Source: Vicugna vicugna
Lineage: Eukaryota
Assembly (NCBI GenBank): GCA_013265495.1
Contig: MU061230.1
Location: 248,001 to 312,000, forward strand
DNA: 64,000 nt
Reading direction: 5' to 3'
Shown one piece after another: positions 47,673 to 60,343 of this stretch. The stretch's first letter is position 1. Every line of letters begins with the position of its first letter. Both the position numbers and the translations under genes were made by a program. Under the pieces are notes generated by a model. It did not search any database. It saw nothing but the letters and a program-made list of their open reading frames with translations, and was not told where the DNA came from.

Positions 47673-48394
47673 GAAATGTGTTTTAAAATCATCACGGGGC
47701 TCACAGAAGTCAAAGCGGTTGAATTGACCTTAACTGGAAGTTTCCAAATTTTTAAAGATTATGTACTCCCATTAATAAAACCTTTTGTATAATGTAATTC
47801 TAATGTTTGTATCTTTATATTTATACCTTTATTCATAAATTATTCACATGTACCACTATGATAAATATCCTATACATTATAAAACAAAATAAAAAAAATT
47901 TAAAGATGATATAAAAACTTTATGTGTAAATTTTAATATTTTCTTCCCATATCCTAGTGGAGCAAAGAATATACCCCTCAGGATTCATACTCCCTAAACT
48001 GCAGACCACTGGCTAAACCAGAAGTGGTCTCTATGGTTGTGTTTATTCAGTCAGTTATTAAGGAAACATTCGCACGGTCCTTTCTAAATGCCAAGCCTGT
48101 TCTGGGTCCAAGGGCTCCCGGTGAGGGATCATTTCCTTCTGTCATGTTGAGGCATTAATAACAGCACTACCTCATCCTGTGTGAACACTTTGTTGTTTCC
48201 AGGTTCTGTGGGTTGAGTGTTCAGTTCATCTGCTCCAGGCAGCAGAACGGTGCTGCATCTAGTTCAAGGCTATATTCAAGGTCACAAATATATAACGTAA
48301 CTGAATGTGACTGGGGGAAGTCCAAGACAGTGAGGGCAAGCCACAGGTAAAGTGACTAAAGCCCTCACTGAATTAAACAGAGCACCATCTTTGG

Positions 48395-48570
48395 GAAGGT
48401 TGTGTGGTGCTGTGGAAAGAAGACTGCATTTGGTTCTGTCTGTCCTATATGTCCGTGCTTCGTGCCTCACTGGCTACATGACCTTCTGTAAATTATTTAC
48501 CCTCACTGAACTTCTGTTTGCGTCTATCCTTTGTAAAACAAGGATGATAACACCTTTTCTGCTTACTTAA
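48395..48570 (+). mobile_element. MIR SINE
   Basis: gtgtggtgctgtggaaagaagactg...catgaccttctgtaaattatttaccctcactgaac...gtaaaacaaggatgataa. Confidence 0.65.
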
Positions 48571-48819
48571 CACAATTGTTCTCGCAATCGACCTCTCCTC
48601 ATCTTTGACAACAATACTGTTGAATTCCAAGCTTGAGCAACGAGCTGTCAATCATTGTGTTTTACTGAGTGCCTGGTAGATATTCCAGAGCATCACCAAG
48701 TAGGTAAATTTCACTTTTCTGGATTTCACTAGAACAAGCAAGTTCTTATTCTCCTGAATTAATAACTACTGACCTTCCCTCTGTCACCCTTCCACTCCCA
48801 CAGAAGTTAAGAGAAGTGA

Positions 48820-48990
48820 CTTCAAAGCCTGGCTTTGCCACTTTGACATTTTGTTCCCTTAAATATTGTTCCCTCCTCTGTAGAATGAGGATAATGATAT
48901 TTACCCCCGCAAGTACTGTGAGGATTAAATGAGATAATTTATGTAAAATATGTGGTACAACTGGAACACAGTAAAAATTGAATAAATGAT
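48820..48990 (+). mobile_element. MIR SINE
   Basis: ctgtagaatgaggataatgatatttacc...gtgaggattaaatgagataatttatgtaaa. Confidence 0.65.
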
Positions 48991-51463
48991 TGTTCCTTAA
49001 ATGGAAAATATGGTAAAATAACCTTTCAACATTTTGGTAAATGCACACTGCAACTTGATACATCTGTTCAGAAATGGATTTCACTTGGTGATTCTAAAAG
49101 AACAAGTGATTTGACCTTACGTCTTTTATATGATTAAATTTCTTATATTGGTTATTGACAATGAAGTTAGAGAATGAATAATGAATAATTGACAGAGTGG
49201 AAATGTTAACTGTTTTAGACTGGTCTAGATTTAAGAACGCCCCAACCATGAAGACTTAATATTTACCAGACATAAAAATAAAAGGAAAAATACGGCTAAT
49301 AACCTTATTACAGTAAGATGTGATCATGAGGTAATGAGCTGGTCGTCTATATGTGCCATAACAAAGCTTTGATCCTGACTCTTAAATTATGTGATACTCC
49401 TTTTGCTAATATTTAATAACAGTGGGGTTTTTTTTCCTTGTTACACAAGCTATTGACATAGCTTAAATCACTTACTTAATGACTCATGATGTAATAGACG
49501 GCATTTCCTTCATCCTTACTTAAACAAGGATGATTTGATTATACAGGCACATTTTAGCTGATCATAACTTACAGGCCTGAAGTTTAAAAAATGCCCAAAG
49601 GACAGACCAGTATTTGTTCCCAAGTGACTTTATATGCCAGTTTCCCTTAAATGGCCTGAGTACAAACCTAATCTTCAAAACAAGGCTGTTTTCCTATTGC
49701 CTGTGTTTGCAGCTGATCGTCTGTGCTGTAGTTTCTCTTGGTATCTGCCTTCCGGTCAGACTCACAGTCGCAGGGGGTATTAGAACAGAAAAGAACCTGA
49801 GAGATCTTTAACTCTCTTCCCTCATTTTCTACATGTGAAAACTATGACCCAGGCAAGTTAATCATTTTCCTCAGCTTCACAGTGGAGAATAGACTCTGGG
49901 TCATGACTCTCGGGTCTGTTCATGGTTTATTTCTCCTCAGCTCAGCTTCTTTCAATGTTTCTGACTCCTGATTTGATGGTTTAGTTCAAACGTATAAAAG
50001 TGTGGTAAAATCAGATTGATCTGAAACATTGTGTTCAATTCTTTTCTAGAACAGGCCTTGATGTGAGAGTGGAAACACTGGTATTTCCAGGTTCTAACCA
50101 ATGAGGTGTGGCAAATTGTGCCATCCCATTATATCTTTAGTAACGTGATGCTTATAAATTCAGTATAAAGTTATATACAGTTTTAGTGATTATTCACATT
50201 GCAAAACCATGTTTTATCCTCCTTTTCCAGCAGTTGCAACTTAGATGAAGTATTCCTCAGGCAATTAATTATACTGGAGTTCCTTAACCAAATTCAGGAT
50301 TTTACATATTCAAAATAGATTTTTAAAAACCTACAGTATTGATTAATAAATTAGATATTGAAGAACCCAAACTTATGATTCACCTTTAATTGAAGAGATC
50401 CATTACAAATGCTAATCTGATACCTTGGAATTTGTAAATACGGTACAGTAAAAGTATATCTTGAGTGTGGCATCAGAATAACGTAAGACAGGCTCCCAGA
50501 ATTATCTGTGTTTATAGGGAAAAGTGATATAATGGCAATCTGAAAATATCTGAAGAACACAGCCTAGAAGCTGCAATTTCTGGCTACATAATTGTGAACA
50601 AAGAAATCATCCCAGAACCACATATGCATTGTTATATATTAAGGAGCAATGTGAAGAATATTGGATTTCTAGAAAAGTGTAGATTGCATTCACTTCCTTA
50701 TTTCCTTAGTCTCTGTGTTTAAGTTTCTGCTCCACTATTCTGCTGAAGAACATTCCCAATGAAGTACAATTTGCCGAACTTCCTTTCTCAAGGAATATGA
50801 CTCTTGACTCTACTGTCTGCTTCCTCCTGGAAACTCTCTTCTTTTTGGTTTCCATAATATTGCCATTGAATTGTTTTCTGCTGCTCTTCCCCTTCCTTCA
50901 ACCATTTCTTAAATATTGATATCAAATATCCCATACTTGGTCCTTTTTCCTTTTAATGCTACAGGAAATCGTGAACCTAGCGTATGAACCAAAATCATGC
51001 ATGCCCATAGCAGACATTGCTAGCTGATTTTGGCAGTTTCCTCTGATTCCCAATGCTATCCTAGACTTCTCAAATATCCTTCAGGGAACAGTCAAAGTTT
51101 GCAGATGAGGAGAAACTTTTTTCCTTTCCTGTTTTACATACCCATCTTGGGTTTTACATACCCAAGAGCTCATCTGTAATCATGACTTTAAATTCCAAAA
51201 ATCCTGGGGCTTACTATTAGTGTCTTCAGCACCTTGCATAGTGCCTGGAGAGCATGCTTTAGGCTGGATAAATATTTGAAGGACAAATGCTAAAATGTTT
51301 GATGAGCTAACAACATCTGAATATGATCTGACATGTCCTGAGTGCTTGAATGCAATTAAAATTGAAATGTAGTGGTCCTAGAGAATATACAAAACAGTGA
51401 CAATATTATAATGAGATATGTACATTTTGAAAAATTTTATTTCTGAACAAAACTTACTTTTTA

Positions 51464-51604
51464 GGGGGGAGGTTATAGCTCAGTGGTAGAGCACATGCTT
51501 AGAATGCATGAGGTCCTGGGTTCAATCTCCAGTACCTCCATTAAAAAAACAAATAAATACACCTAATTACCTCCCCCCAAAATAAAAAAAAATAATTTAA
51601 AAAG
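51464..51604 (+). mobile_element. Camelid tRNA-derived SINE (Vic-1-like)
   Basis: ggggggaggttatagctcagtggtagagcacatgc...gggttcaatctcc; TSD aacttactttTTA (51451-51463) / aacttactttCTA (51605-51617). Confidence 0.88.
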
Positions 51605-52420
51605 AACTTACTTTCTATAGAGGACTTTATAATTATTTTCAAATAAGCTTAACATCTATTCAATAATAAGAAACACCCAAGGGAGTTGGGGAAGCTTTCA
51701 TTAGGGGTTTAAGGAGTTGGTAGCAGACTAATCCAGTGGGATATTTTCCTCAAAGTTATACATTTCAATTCAATGGCCAGTGAGAATAAAATGTGCTTTC
51801 TATTTATTCTTAGCCAACATTAAAGTATAGCATATAAATTTGTACTGTACTTGGTAACCTTTTGAAAGAACTATAAATTCACAATAATCAGGGTTATAGC
51901 CTGATTATTTTTTGAAAAATTTACATAGTAAATAAATGCCTTTCAACAAAGACGCGTCCAATAAAACATGTTGATAGAAGCAGAATGAAGTGCTGTAAAC
52001 TTTGAGCCTGATTTTTCTCCTTCCTTATTGTCTCTCTTTCAGATTGATCTGTAAAGGAGAATTCTTACACAACAGGGACGTATTTTCCACTGAGGTAATA
52101 CTGCCTCAACTTTATTTATTTATGTACCATGTTTACTGTTTTTCCTGTATTCTTAGAAAAGCGCAGTCGTACCTAGCTTATAGCGCTAAGTAAGTGTTAG
52201 CTGTTATAACTGGGTGTTATCACAGACGCCTGGCTTGAGTTCAGGGTGAGAAGTTTACGTTTTTCAACCCATGGAATAGTGTGGTCCAAAGTGTGATCTA
52301 CCAGCCTACACAGCATGTACGCTAGTGCGCATTCCATTTCAGGGTGTAATCATGAAAGCAGCAGCTCAGAGCTCAGGACAGGAGGGTCAGCTTGTTTATA
52401 ATGTATTGATTTTCTCTTGC

Positions 52421-52640
52421 AGGTATCAGCAAACTTTTCCTCTGAAGGTCCACTTGGTAAATATTTGGGGCTTTGATGGCCATATGGTTTTTGCTGCAAC
52501 TACTATGTTTTTGTTCCAGTGCAAAAACTACTACCAATTGACTGTTTATTAATAAATAAGTAAATTGGAAAGAGCCTTGCAGTTCTGTTTACAAATGAAT
52601 TTAACTCATTTTCAGCTCTGTGTAGACTTGATTTATTCTG
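52421..52640 (+). mobile_element. MER58A (hAT MITE)
   Basis: caggtatcagcaaacttttcctctgaaggtcc...gtaaatatttggggctttgatggccata. Confidence 0.7.
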
Positions 52641-53867
52641 CTGGCCTGGCTCATGTATGACTTGACTCACTTCAGAACATACATTTTCTAGTTTGTTTTG
52701 TCTGTTTGTCTCACATCAAGGCTCTTCCAAATCCTCTCAAGACCTTGTCTTTTGGCCACAAATGCCTTTTCTCATCTCTTGCCACCTGGGATGATGCTGG
52801 TTCCACTCTCTCCATTACTTTTCCTATAAAGGAAGCCTTAGTTCTCCTGGCTCTCAATGGCAGAGAGATTGGTCATTGCCTGCTTATGTGTTCACCCAGA
52901 GTTTTAGTTATAGAATTTGTCTTTCATTTAATTTGATTGTGGGGTTTAAGGTGAAAGGATTCTATCAAAATCAGGGGCCCTGGCTCCTTAGAAATCTTTT
53001 CCCTTGAAAAGATTGATGGAACTTTTTCAGCAGGTCACACTGGGACTTGGGATTTATGGATAGGCTTGGTTTTGTATAGACTCTTTACAATTCCCTACCT
53101 CGATGTCTTCTTACAGTATGAGTTTTTTTCACTCTTGGAATTATATGGCTGCAAAATTGAAGTAAACAGTTCTATTCAATAAAAGCGACATCACTGGATG
53201 GGATGCACACTTAATTTTCTGATAAAGTGACAATCAGCTAGAAACCCATTGTATCTCAGCCTTTGATGAAACTATTTCTCCTCCCTTCATTTGAACATGA
53301 GTCGATTAGCTTCATTTGGCACTGACCCGAGGGCTTAATCTGAAAATCAAAGGGTATCTTTGATAATAGCTTGCTTTTGTTTTCTTCTAAAAATAGGGTT
53401 TTTTTCATGAAAGAAAATTTGTTTCTTGAGTTCTGATTAATTGAGGTTTGATATTTTTCTGTTAGGTCTTGTTTACATGCTACCACAAACGAGGGTGTGG
53501 CTGTAACATCTGGTCATTCCGAGTTCCTGTGACATATTATGTCATTGGCATAAGTCCAGGTCTAGTATTTCCAGGTCTCTGTGTAGCCAGTCTACATGAG
53601 ACCCAAATGATGAACCAAATCTTTTAGTCATGTCCAGTTTTAATGTATTCATACGATTATGACAAAAATGGAAAGAATGGTGGCATACTTCTTTAAGCCA
53701 TATAGGCAATATATCGAGTATCAGAGTAATTCTGAAAATAATATAACAGATCCCCAGGTTACTACTGTCCAGAGCTAACACAGGAGGCATAGAAGGTGAA
53801 AGGTCTTCCTTCCCTTCATTCTCTTCCCTTCCCTCTCTCCCCAGAGGTCATCATTCTGAAGATGGCC

Positions 53868-54444
53868 TGTGTATCACATATTTACTTCTGTGTAAAAAAA
53901 TCACCTCTAAGACTTAGTGATGTAAATCAGCAACCTCTTATTATTGCTCATGAGTCTAGAGGTCACCGGGGTGGGTCTGCTGATATGAGATAGGTTGGGG
54001 TGATCTTAGCTGGGCTTGGTCATGTGGCTGTGGTCAGCTGGCAGGTCACCTGGGTGCAGGCTTGTGTCAGTACAGCCTTACTCATGTCTAGTGGTTGGCT
54101 GACTGGAGGCTGGGGCGATAGGGCTGCCTGGACCGTGGGATGCTCATCACTCAGCAGGCTAGTCCAGGCTGTTCTCCAGGTAGCAGCAGGGTTCTGAGAA
54201 GGAGAGTGAAATGGAAGTTGTAGGGCTTCTGGAAAAACTCTGCTTCCACTGAATTCTCTGGGTGAAAATGAATGTCACAAAGACACCAGATTCAAGAGGT
54301 GGGAAAATAGACTTCTTGACCAGATTCAAGAGGTGGGAAAATAGATTTCACTTCTTGGTGGAAGGAGTAGTAAAGTCACACTGCAAAAGGGACTGGATTT
54401 CTAGGAGGGGTGGAAAATTATGGCCATTTTTGTGATCTACTACA
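53868..54444 (-). mobile_element. MaLR LTR (MLT1H-like) with an internal 34-bp-period duplication
   Basis: tgtgtatcac...ttattgctcatgagtct...cagcaggctagtccaggc...ggccatttttgtgatctactaca. Confidence 0.7.
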
Positions 54445-54599
54445 AAGCATATGTATTTTTTCCATGTATGTAGATATGTTTATATTTATAAATAATATTT
54501 CCTCTTGTTATAAAGTTAGCATAATTAATATTCTAATCAATATATGGCTTTGTGCATTTAAAAAATTTATAATTATACTTTAAAATTTGCTGTTTTGAT

Positions 54600-55765
54600 T
54601 AATTTAATGCATATCATATCACTACTTTATCTATACCTTATCTTGTTGATGGACATTTAATTTAATTCCCATCATTTTTTTGCAATCACAAGCAAAGCTG
54701 CAGTGAACATGCTTATACACAATTTTGTGTGCATATATGAGAGTTTCTCTAGGTTCATTTCTAAAAATGGATGGATTGGGTTGTACAATACATACATTTT
54801 CAACTTTGTTGGATATTGTCAAATTGCTCTCAAAAGTAGTTAGACCTGTTTACATACCCCCACCAGGGTACACGACAGTTTCGCTTCCCCTACATTCTTA
54901 TGAACTATGCTTTGTATTATCAGACTTATTTTTCTATTTTGTGGAGCCAGTTGGAGAGTTTCATCATTTTAATTGCATATTCATTTAGCAAGGTTGAATG
55001 TATAGTGGCCAGATAAATTTCCTCTTCTGGGAATTAATTGCCAGTTTATATATTCCAACGTTTAAATTTCATTTTAAACATTAAAAATGCTTCCATAGAA
55101 TTGTCCTTTTTATTACTTGCATTAAAAAGGTGTATAAATACAGGGAACCAGTCTTTTTAAAATTATACATATCATCTTTTAGATTCATGGCATATACTTT
55201 AACTTGGTTTATTGTGTCTTTTGTTATATGGATGCTTTTAAATAGAAGTATACTCAAATATATCAATATTTTCCTTAATGGTTTGTATATTTTTTGTCTT
55301 GTTTATAACAACTTTTCCTACCAGGATGTCCTAAATATATTTCCTTATATTTTCTTCTAAAGTTTGAAGGTATTTTTATGTTTAGTTTCTTAATCCCTCT
55401 AAAAATCTGTTTTGTTCATGATGTAAAATAGGGGTCTAATTTTATCTTTTTCCAAATAGGAAGCCAGTTTTCCTGGCACAAGTTATTAAATACATAATCA
55501 TTTCTTTCTCAATGATTAGTGGTGCTGACGTGCCATATCCCAAGTTCCTAGGTAGACCTGGGTTTATTTCTGGGCCATTTATTCTAGTTGACCAGTCCCA
55601 TTTTTCCATCTCTGCACCACTGATAGACCCTTTTAATGACTGCAGCTTTACAATAAGTTTCATATTTGGTAGGGATAATATCCTTCCTCATTTTCCTTCA
55701 AAATTATTTGGCTCTTCTTGGCCCTTTGCTCTTTCATATTAAATTTAGGACTAGCTTGTCAAGTT
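54600..55765 (-). mobile_element. Ancient L1 (L1ME-like), ORF2/3'UTR fragment
   Basis: gttgatggacattt...aaagctgcagtgaacat...gccagttttcctggcacaagttattaaa...gccctttgctctttcatattaaatttagga. Confidence 0.75.
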
Positions 55766-55789
55766 AAAAGGTAGAAAATTCCATGCGGC

Positions 55790-56690
55790 AAGAAAAAGCA
55801 GAACAAGGAAAGGGGGATTGAGTGTGCAGGGGAAAATTTATGGTACTAAATAGGGTGATGAAGATAGGCATCACTGAAAAGTAGGATTTGAGGAAATACT
55901 TATAAGAGAGAAGGAATTTAGCCAGTTTTCTGGGCGAAGAGCCTTGCATGCAGAAGGAAGAGTCAGTGCTAAGGTTCCGAGCCAGATGTGTCTGAGGAGG
56001 CCATTAAGCGTGAAGCAGAGAGAACAAGGGAGAAAGTACTAGGAAGTGAGGTCAGAGTGCTTATGGGGACCAGCAAGTCACTGTAAGGGTATCAGCTTTT
56101 GCTTTGTATGAGTTGGGAAGTCATTGCAAGGTTTTGAGTGGAGTTGTGACATAGACTGACAAATTTTAAAAGAGTCACTCTGGCCTCTGTATTGAAAATA
56201 GAATGTAGAGAATAAGTATAAGAGTAGGAGACCAGTGATGGGGCTATTGCAATAGTCCAGGTGAGAACGTCGATGGCTCGGACCCAGGTAGCAGCAGCGC
56301 AGGTATGAAAGGTAGCTGCATTCTGGATGTGCTTTGCAGGCAGAGTCAATAGCATTTCTTGATGGGTTGGGTGTTGGGGTGTGAAGACAGACAGGAGTCA
56401 AGGATGAACTCCAGGGGTTTTGGCTTGAGCACCTGGAATAAAGAATTGCTATTAACTGGTTAGGGAAGACTGTGGGAGGAGCAGTTTTAGAGGAAGAGCA
56501 GAACTTGGTTTTGGGCATGCTGAGTTTGAGATATCTATTAGACATCTAAGAGGAGATGAGTCTGGAGTTTAGGGGAGAGTTCCAGGGTGGGGATATAGAT
56601 TGGGTAGTCACTGGTAATTTATCTGGTATTTAAAATGTGGCGATCAGATGAGATTATCTAAGAGGGGAGTATAAAGAGAAGTGGTTCAAA
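55790..56690 (-). mobile_element. L2 LINE fragment
   Basis: gctattgcaatagtccaggtgaga...gacaggagtcaaggatgaactccaggggttttggcttgagcacctgg...tgagtttgagatatctattagacatc. Confidence 0.8.
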
Positions 56691-56724
56691 GACTCATCTC
56701 CTTGCTCAGAAATCAAAGAAACAC

Positions 56725-56870
56725 ATACAAGGGACCTTTCTGGGGTGATAGAAATGTTCTAAAACTGGATTGCAGTGGTGTAGCTGTGTGTCTTTGTAAA
56801 TTTACTAAAAAATCATTGAACTGTATATTTAAAACATGAGAAGTCTATGTTATGTACATTATGCCTCAAT
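56725..56870 (+). mobile_element. L1MB-like 3' terminus
   Basis: tttctggggtgatagaaatgttctaaaactggattgcagtggt...gtaaatttactaaaaaatcattgaactgtata. Confidence 0.7.
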
Positions 56871-57211
56871 TTAGCAGCCTTAGGTGTTAAAAAATATACA
56901 TTAAACAAAAGAGGAGTCAAAGAGATGAGGAGGAACTACTAAAGGATATTTGAGGGGTGGCCAGTGTTAAAGGAAGAAGTCAAGAAATTGTGGGGTTCTG
57001 GAAAACAACTCTCAGTATAACTTCCATTCTTTTTGTTTGTTCTTCCTTGTATCATTTCTCTACTGTATTTTTCGTAGCTAAAGCTGGAGAAAAGACATGA
57101 AAAAATGGTGCTACTTGCATTTGCTTGAGTGCATTCTCCATAGTGGTAGTGGGCACCATCTTTGTAAGTAGAGAAGCAAAGTTCACAACAGTTTAAAAGG
57201 ACATTAAACAA

Positions 57212-57507
57212 CAACAACAAAAATCAACTATACTTCAGTGAAAAAAAATAGAAAATAAACTTACGGTTTTGCTGGGGGGAGACATAAATTAGGAGTTTGG
57301 GATTAGCAGATACAAAGTACTATATATGAAAGAGATAAACAACAAGGCCTTACTGTATAGCACTGGGAACTAATTTCAATATCCTGTAATAAACCATAAT
57401 GGGAAAGAATATGAGAAAGAATATATATGTATAACTTAATTACTTTGCTGTGCACCAGAAACTAACACAACATTGTAAATCAACAATACTTTAATAAATA
57501 AATAAAT
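57212..57507 (+). mobile_element. Truncated artiodactyl-type L1 3' end (composite)
   Basis: gggattagcagatacaaagtacta...ccagaaactaacacaacattgtaaatcaac...(aaat)n; 17-bp TSD aaaaggacattaaacaa (57195-57211) / aaaatgacattaaacaa (57508-57524). Confidence 0.85.
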
Positions 57508-58259
57508 AAAATGACATTAAACAAATGTGAAAAGTCCTGTGGTAATGACCCTCCCTGCTTTTATAAAGCGCCTAAGACTTGTGGGTCATGCTTTGTGACT
57601 TTGGGAACTGACAGAGTAAGAGACACTGGCAGATGCCTATCTTCTAATGTAAGGCCTCTGGTGGCATTATGCAAAGCACCATAGGGCTTAGTCACCAGCC
57701 CACGGAAGCCTCCACATTAAAGGGTGTGGTGCGTTGCAAGAGGCATGAAGTCACTTCTCACAGGTGTATTTAATCAGGGAGGATTAAAGAGAAGAAAATA
57801 CAGTTCTCAGGGATAACTTGTGAGCAAGTACATATTTTAATTATTTATTTTTTTACTCCATGCTGAGAAATTTTGTACAAATCTGAGGACCAAATGGGGA
57901 AATGGAAAAATGAACCCTATGTTGAAACATAACGTGTGAGAGGTGAGGAAGTAACATATCACAGGTGGCAAATCAAATCAGAACAAATTCATGCCAACTT
58001 TTATATCCTCTACTAGGATATTGTGAGTCCATATGTTTCTTGAGGATGACAAGAAACTGGCTGAAGATCTAGAGTAGGAATTGGAGAGAACACCTGTATT
58101 TTGTTAGACTGGCATTTGGAGCGTTGCACTTTCATGGCGACGTTCACATGAAAGATACTTGTTTTAGCACATCTCATCCAAAAGCTCAAAACTAATACAT
58201 GTGGATTATTTTGGTTAGAAAAAAACATTTTTTTTCCTAATAAGTAACAGTTTATCAAG

Positions 58260-59260
58260 TGATGAGGACCACCGTCCTGGAGGAGTAAGAGAGCCGGTCC
58301 ACTGGCCCCTGAGGCAGGGTCTGCCTGGGTTGGGGGCGGGCGGAAAGGCGTCGGAGGGTGTAAAGTGCTCAGAGGTGTTTCTGATAAAATGGCGATGACT
58401 GGAGAGAGCGGGCTGGTTCCCCGCGGAGCGTGATGATCACGCTCCCGCTCCTGCAGCGGGAGGCGAGACAGCTGCAGAAGGGCAGCCCGTCTCCCAGGGG
58501 AATAGTCCTTCCCGGGGCACTAGACTCATCAGTGAGTCTCTCTCTCGGGCCAAGCCATAGGGACGGCAAACCAACTCTCCCGTTGTGCGGGCTGCTGCTG
58601 ACCACACAGCAGGGTGTTATGTTGCCCGAAACAGTCTAGGGGATGCAGCAGGATGGAGTAGCCGGCTGGACGGGAGTCCCATTTCCTCACCAATCCATTT
58701 AAAATGTTTCTTTGAGTGTTACTGAGGTGCCAAGAATGGGAGTCGGTGCTAAAATACAATAATAAGCTAAGCAGACACGGCCCCTGCCTTCGTTAGTTTG
58801 TCAGCTAATAAATAAGTAGCACCTGTGTTGAGTATACTGCAAAGGAAGGCACAGGTGCCCGAGGCAGAGGGTCATGAGGGGGTGGGCGGGGCAGGAGCGG
58901 AGGTGGGGGGTGGTCCAGGGCCTACAAAGGAAGAGAACCGGCGTGAACCGGCGTGAACCGGCCTTGTGGGCTAGCAGATACGGTGGCGTTGCCCGGCTTT
59001 GCAGGAGGTGGAGCGCTGCCTTGAAGGAGCAGGAGGCCAAGAAGAAGGGCCACTGCCAGAGTGGAGACTGCCTCCGTGAGCAGCAGGAGGAGCACAGGTG
59101 AGGGGCTGGCGGTGGCGGTGGCGGTGGTGAGGGGGTCGGGGCGGGGGAGGGGTGAAACGGGGTCCCCAGGACAGAGCTAAGGCACACGTGCAGTGTGCAC
59201 GAAGTGCGGGGGTGGGGGTGCCGCCGCTGCTGCTGCACCGCCACGGCCCATGCAGCCTAG
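58260..59260. promoter_or_regulatory. Orphan CpG-rich island-like region
   Basis: About 50 CpGs in 1 kb by hand count, GC-rich and G-skewed, versus sparse CpG in the flanks. Confidence 0.5.
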
Positions 59261-59327
59261 TGGACGTTAAGAAATTAAAAAAAAAATTATGAGCTTACTT
59301 GAAAACAAACAAAAACAACCCGTAATA

Positions 59328-59690
59328 CAGCAGCCCTCCCTTATCCACAGTTTTGCTTTCTGCAGTATCCGTTACCTATGGTCAACCTCGGTCCAGAACT
59401 ATTACATGGAAAATTCCAGAAATAAACAATTCATAAGTTTTAGATTGCATAGTGTTTTGAGTAGCCAGGTCGAATCTCACTGTCGGCTCTCTCCAGAATA
59501 TCCTGCCTGTTGGTCGCTTAGTATTCGTCTTGGTTTTCAGCTCGACTGTCTTGGTATCCGAGTGCTTGTGTTGAAGTAACCCACACCTTTCCCACGGCCA
59601 CAAATCACAGGGTAGTGGCGCTGGCAGTTCCGATATGCCAGAGAGAAACTGTAAAGTCCTTACTTTTAGTGAGAAGGTTTAAGTACAGAC
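59328..59690 (+). mobile_element. Tigger7/MER44-type element
   Basis: TA|cagcagccctcccttatccacagttttgc...ggaaaattccagaaataaacaattcataagtttta...gatatgccagagagaa. Confidence 0.75.
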
Positions 59691-60343
59691 AGATATGAGT
59701 CCCAGGATCTCTCCATGGACAGCGCCGGGTAAACCCAGATATGTTCTTACTTTGGGGCTATCATTTTTTTTTAACTCCTAAAGAACCACCATCCTTCAGT
59801 TAGCCAGTTTACATTTATCATTAAAATAACCAAATAGTGGCCTCATGGCTCTATAAGGCAATTTTTAAAAGTCAGAAGTGAGCAATGATTAGAAATCATT
59901 TATTTAAGAAGAAGGCATAAAAAGTTAATGAACAAGAAGGGCCTCAGTAGGACAGCCTCTACATTCATGGCTGTTTTACTTTTTGTTCCTCATTTAATGT
60001 GCGTGTTTTTTACTTTTGAAATAGACTTTTAAGTTTTTCTTAGCTTTGTCTTCTTCACTTTGTCTCCTCCACTCCTCCCTTTTAACTTTCTTTCTCAGTT
60101 TTAATTGACTATTTTTATTTATACGTGGGACTGCAAAACTCAGTTGGGATGTTTCCTTCTTTATTATTTGATTATGGTGCTCTGCTTCCATGTGTGTCTT
60201 ATATCCTCTCTTATTTTTCATAATTTGTCTCAAATTCCTATTTGGGACTCTCATCCACTCACTCTTCCTTTTTGCTTTTATGAATTACTGAATGAGGTTT
60301 CACCACCCATTCCTTCTCCCTCCTCTGCAGGCAGTTGTGGTAG

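Noticed and set aside
56078-56545. 155-aa minus-strand ORF
   Set aside because: Lies entirely within a degenerate L2 element.
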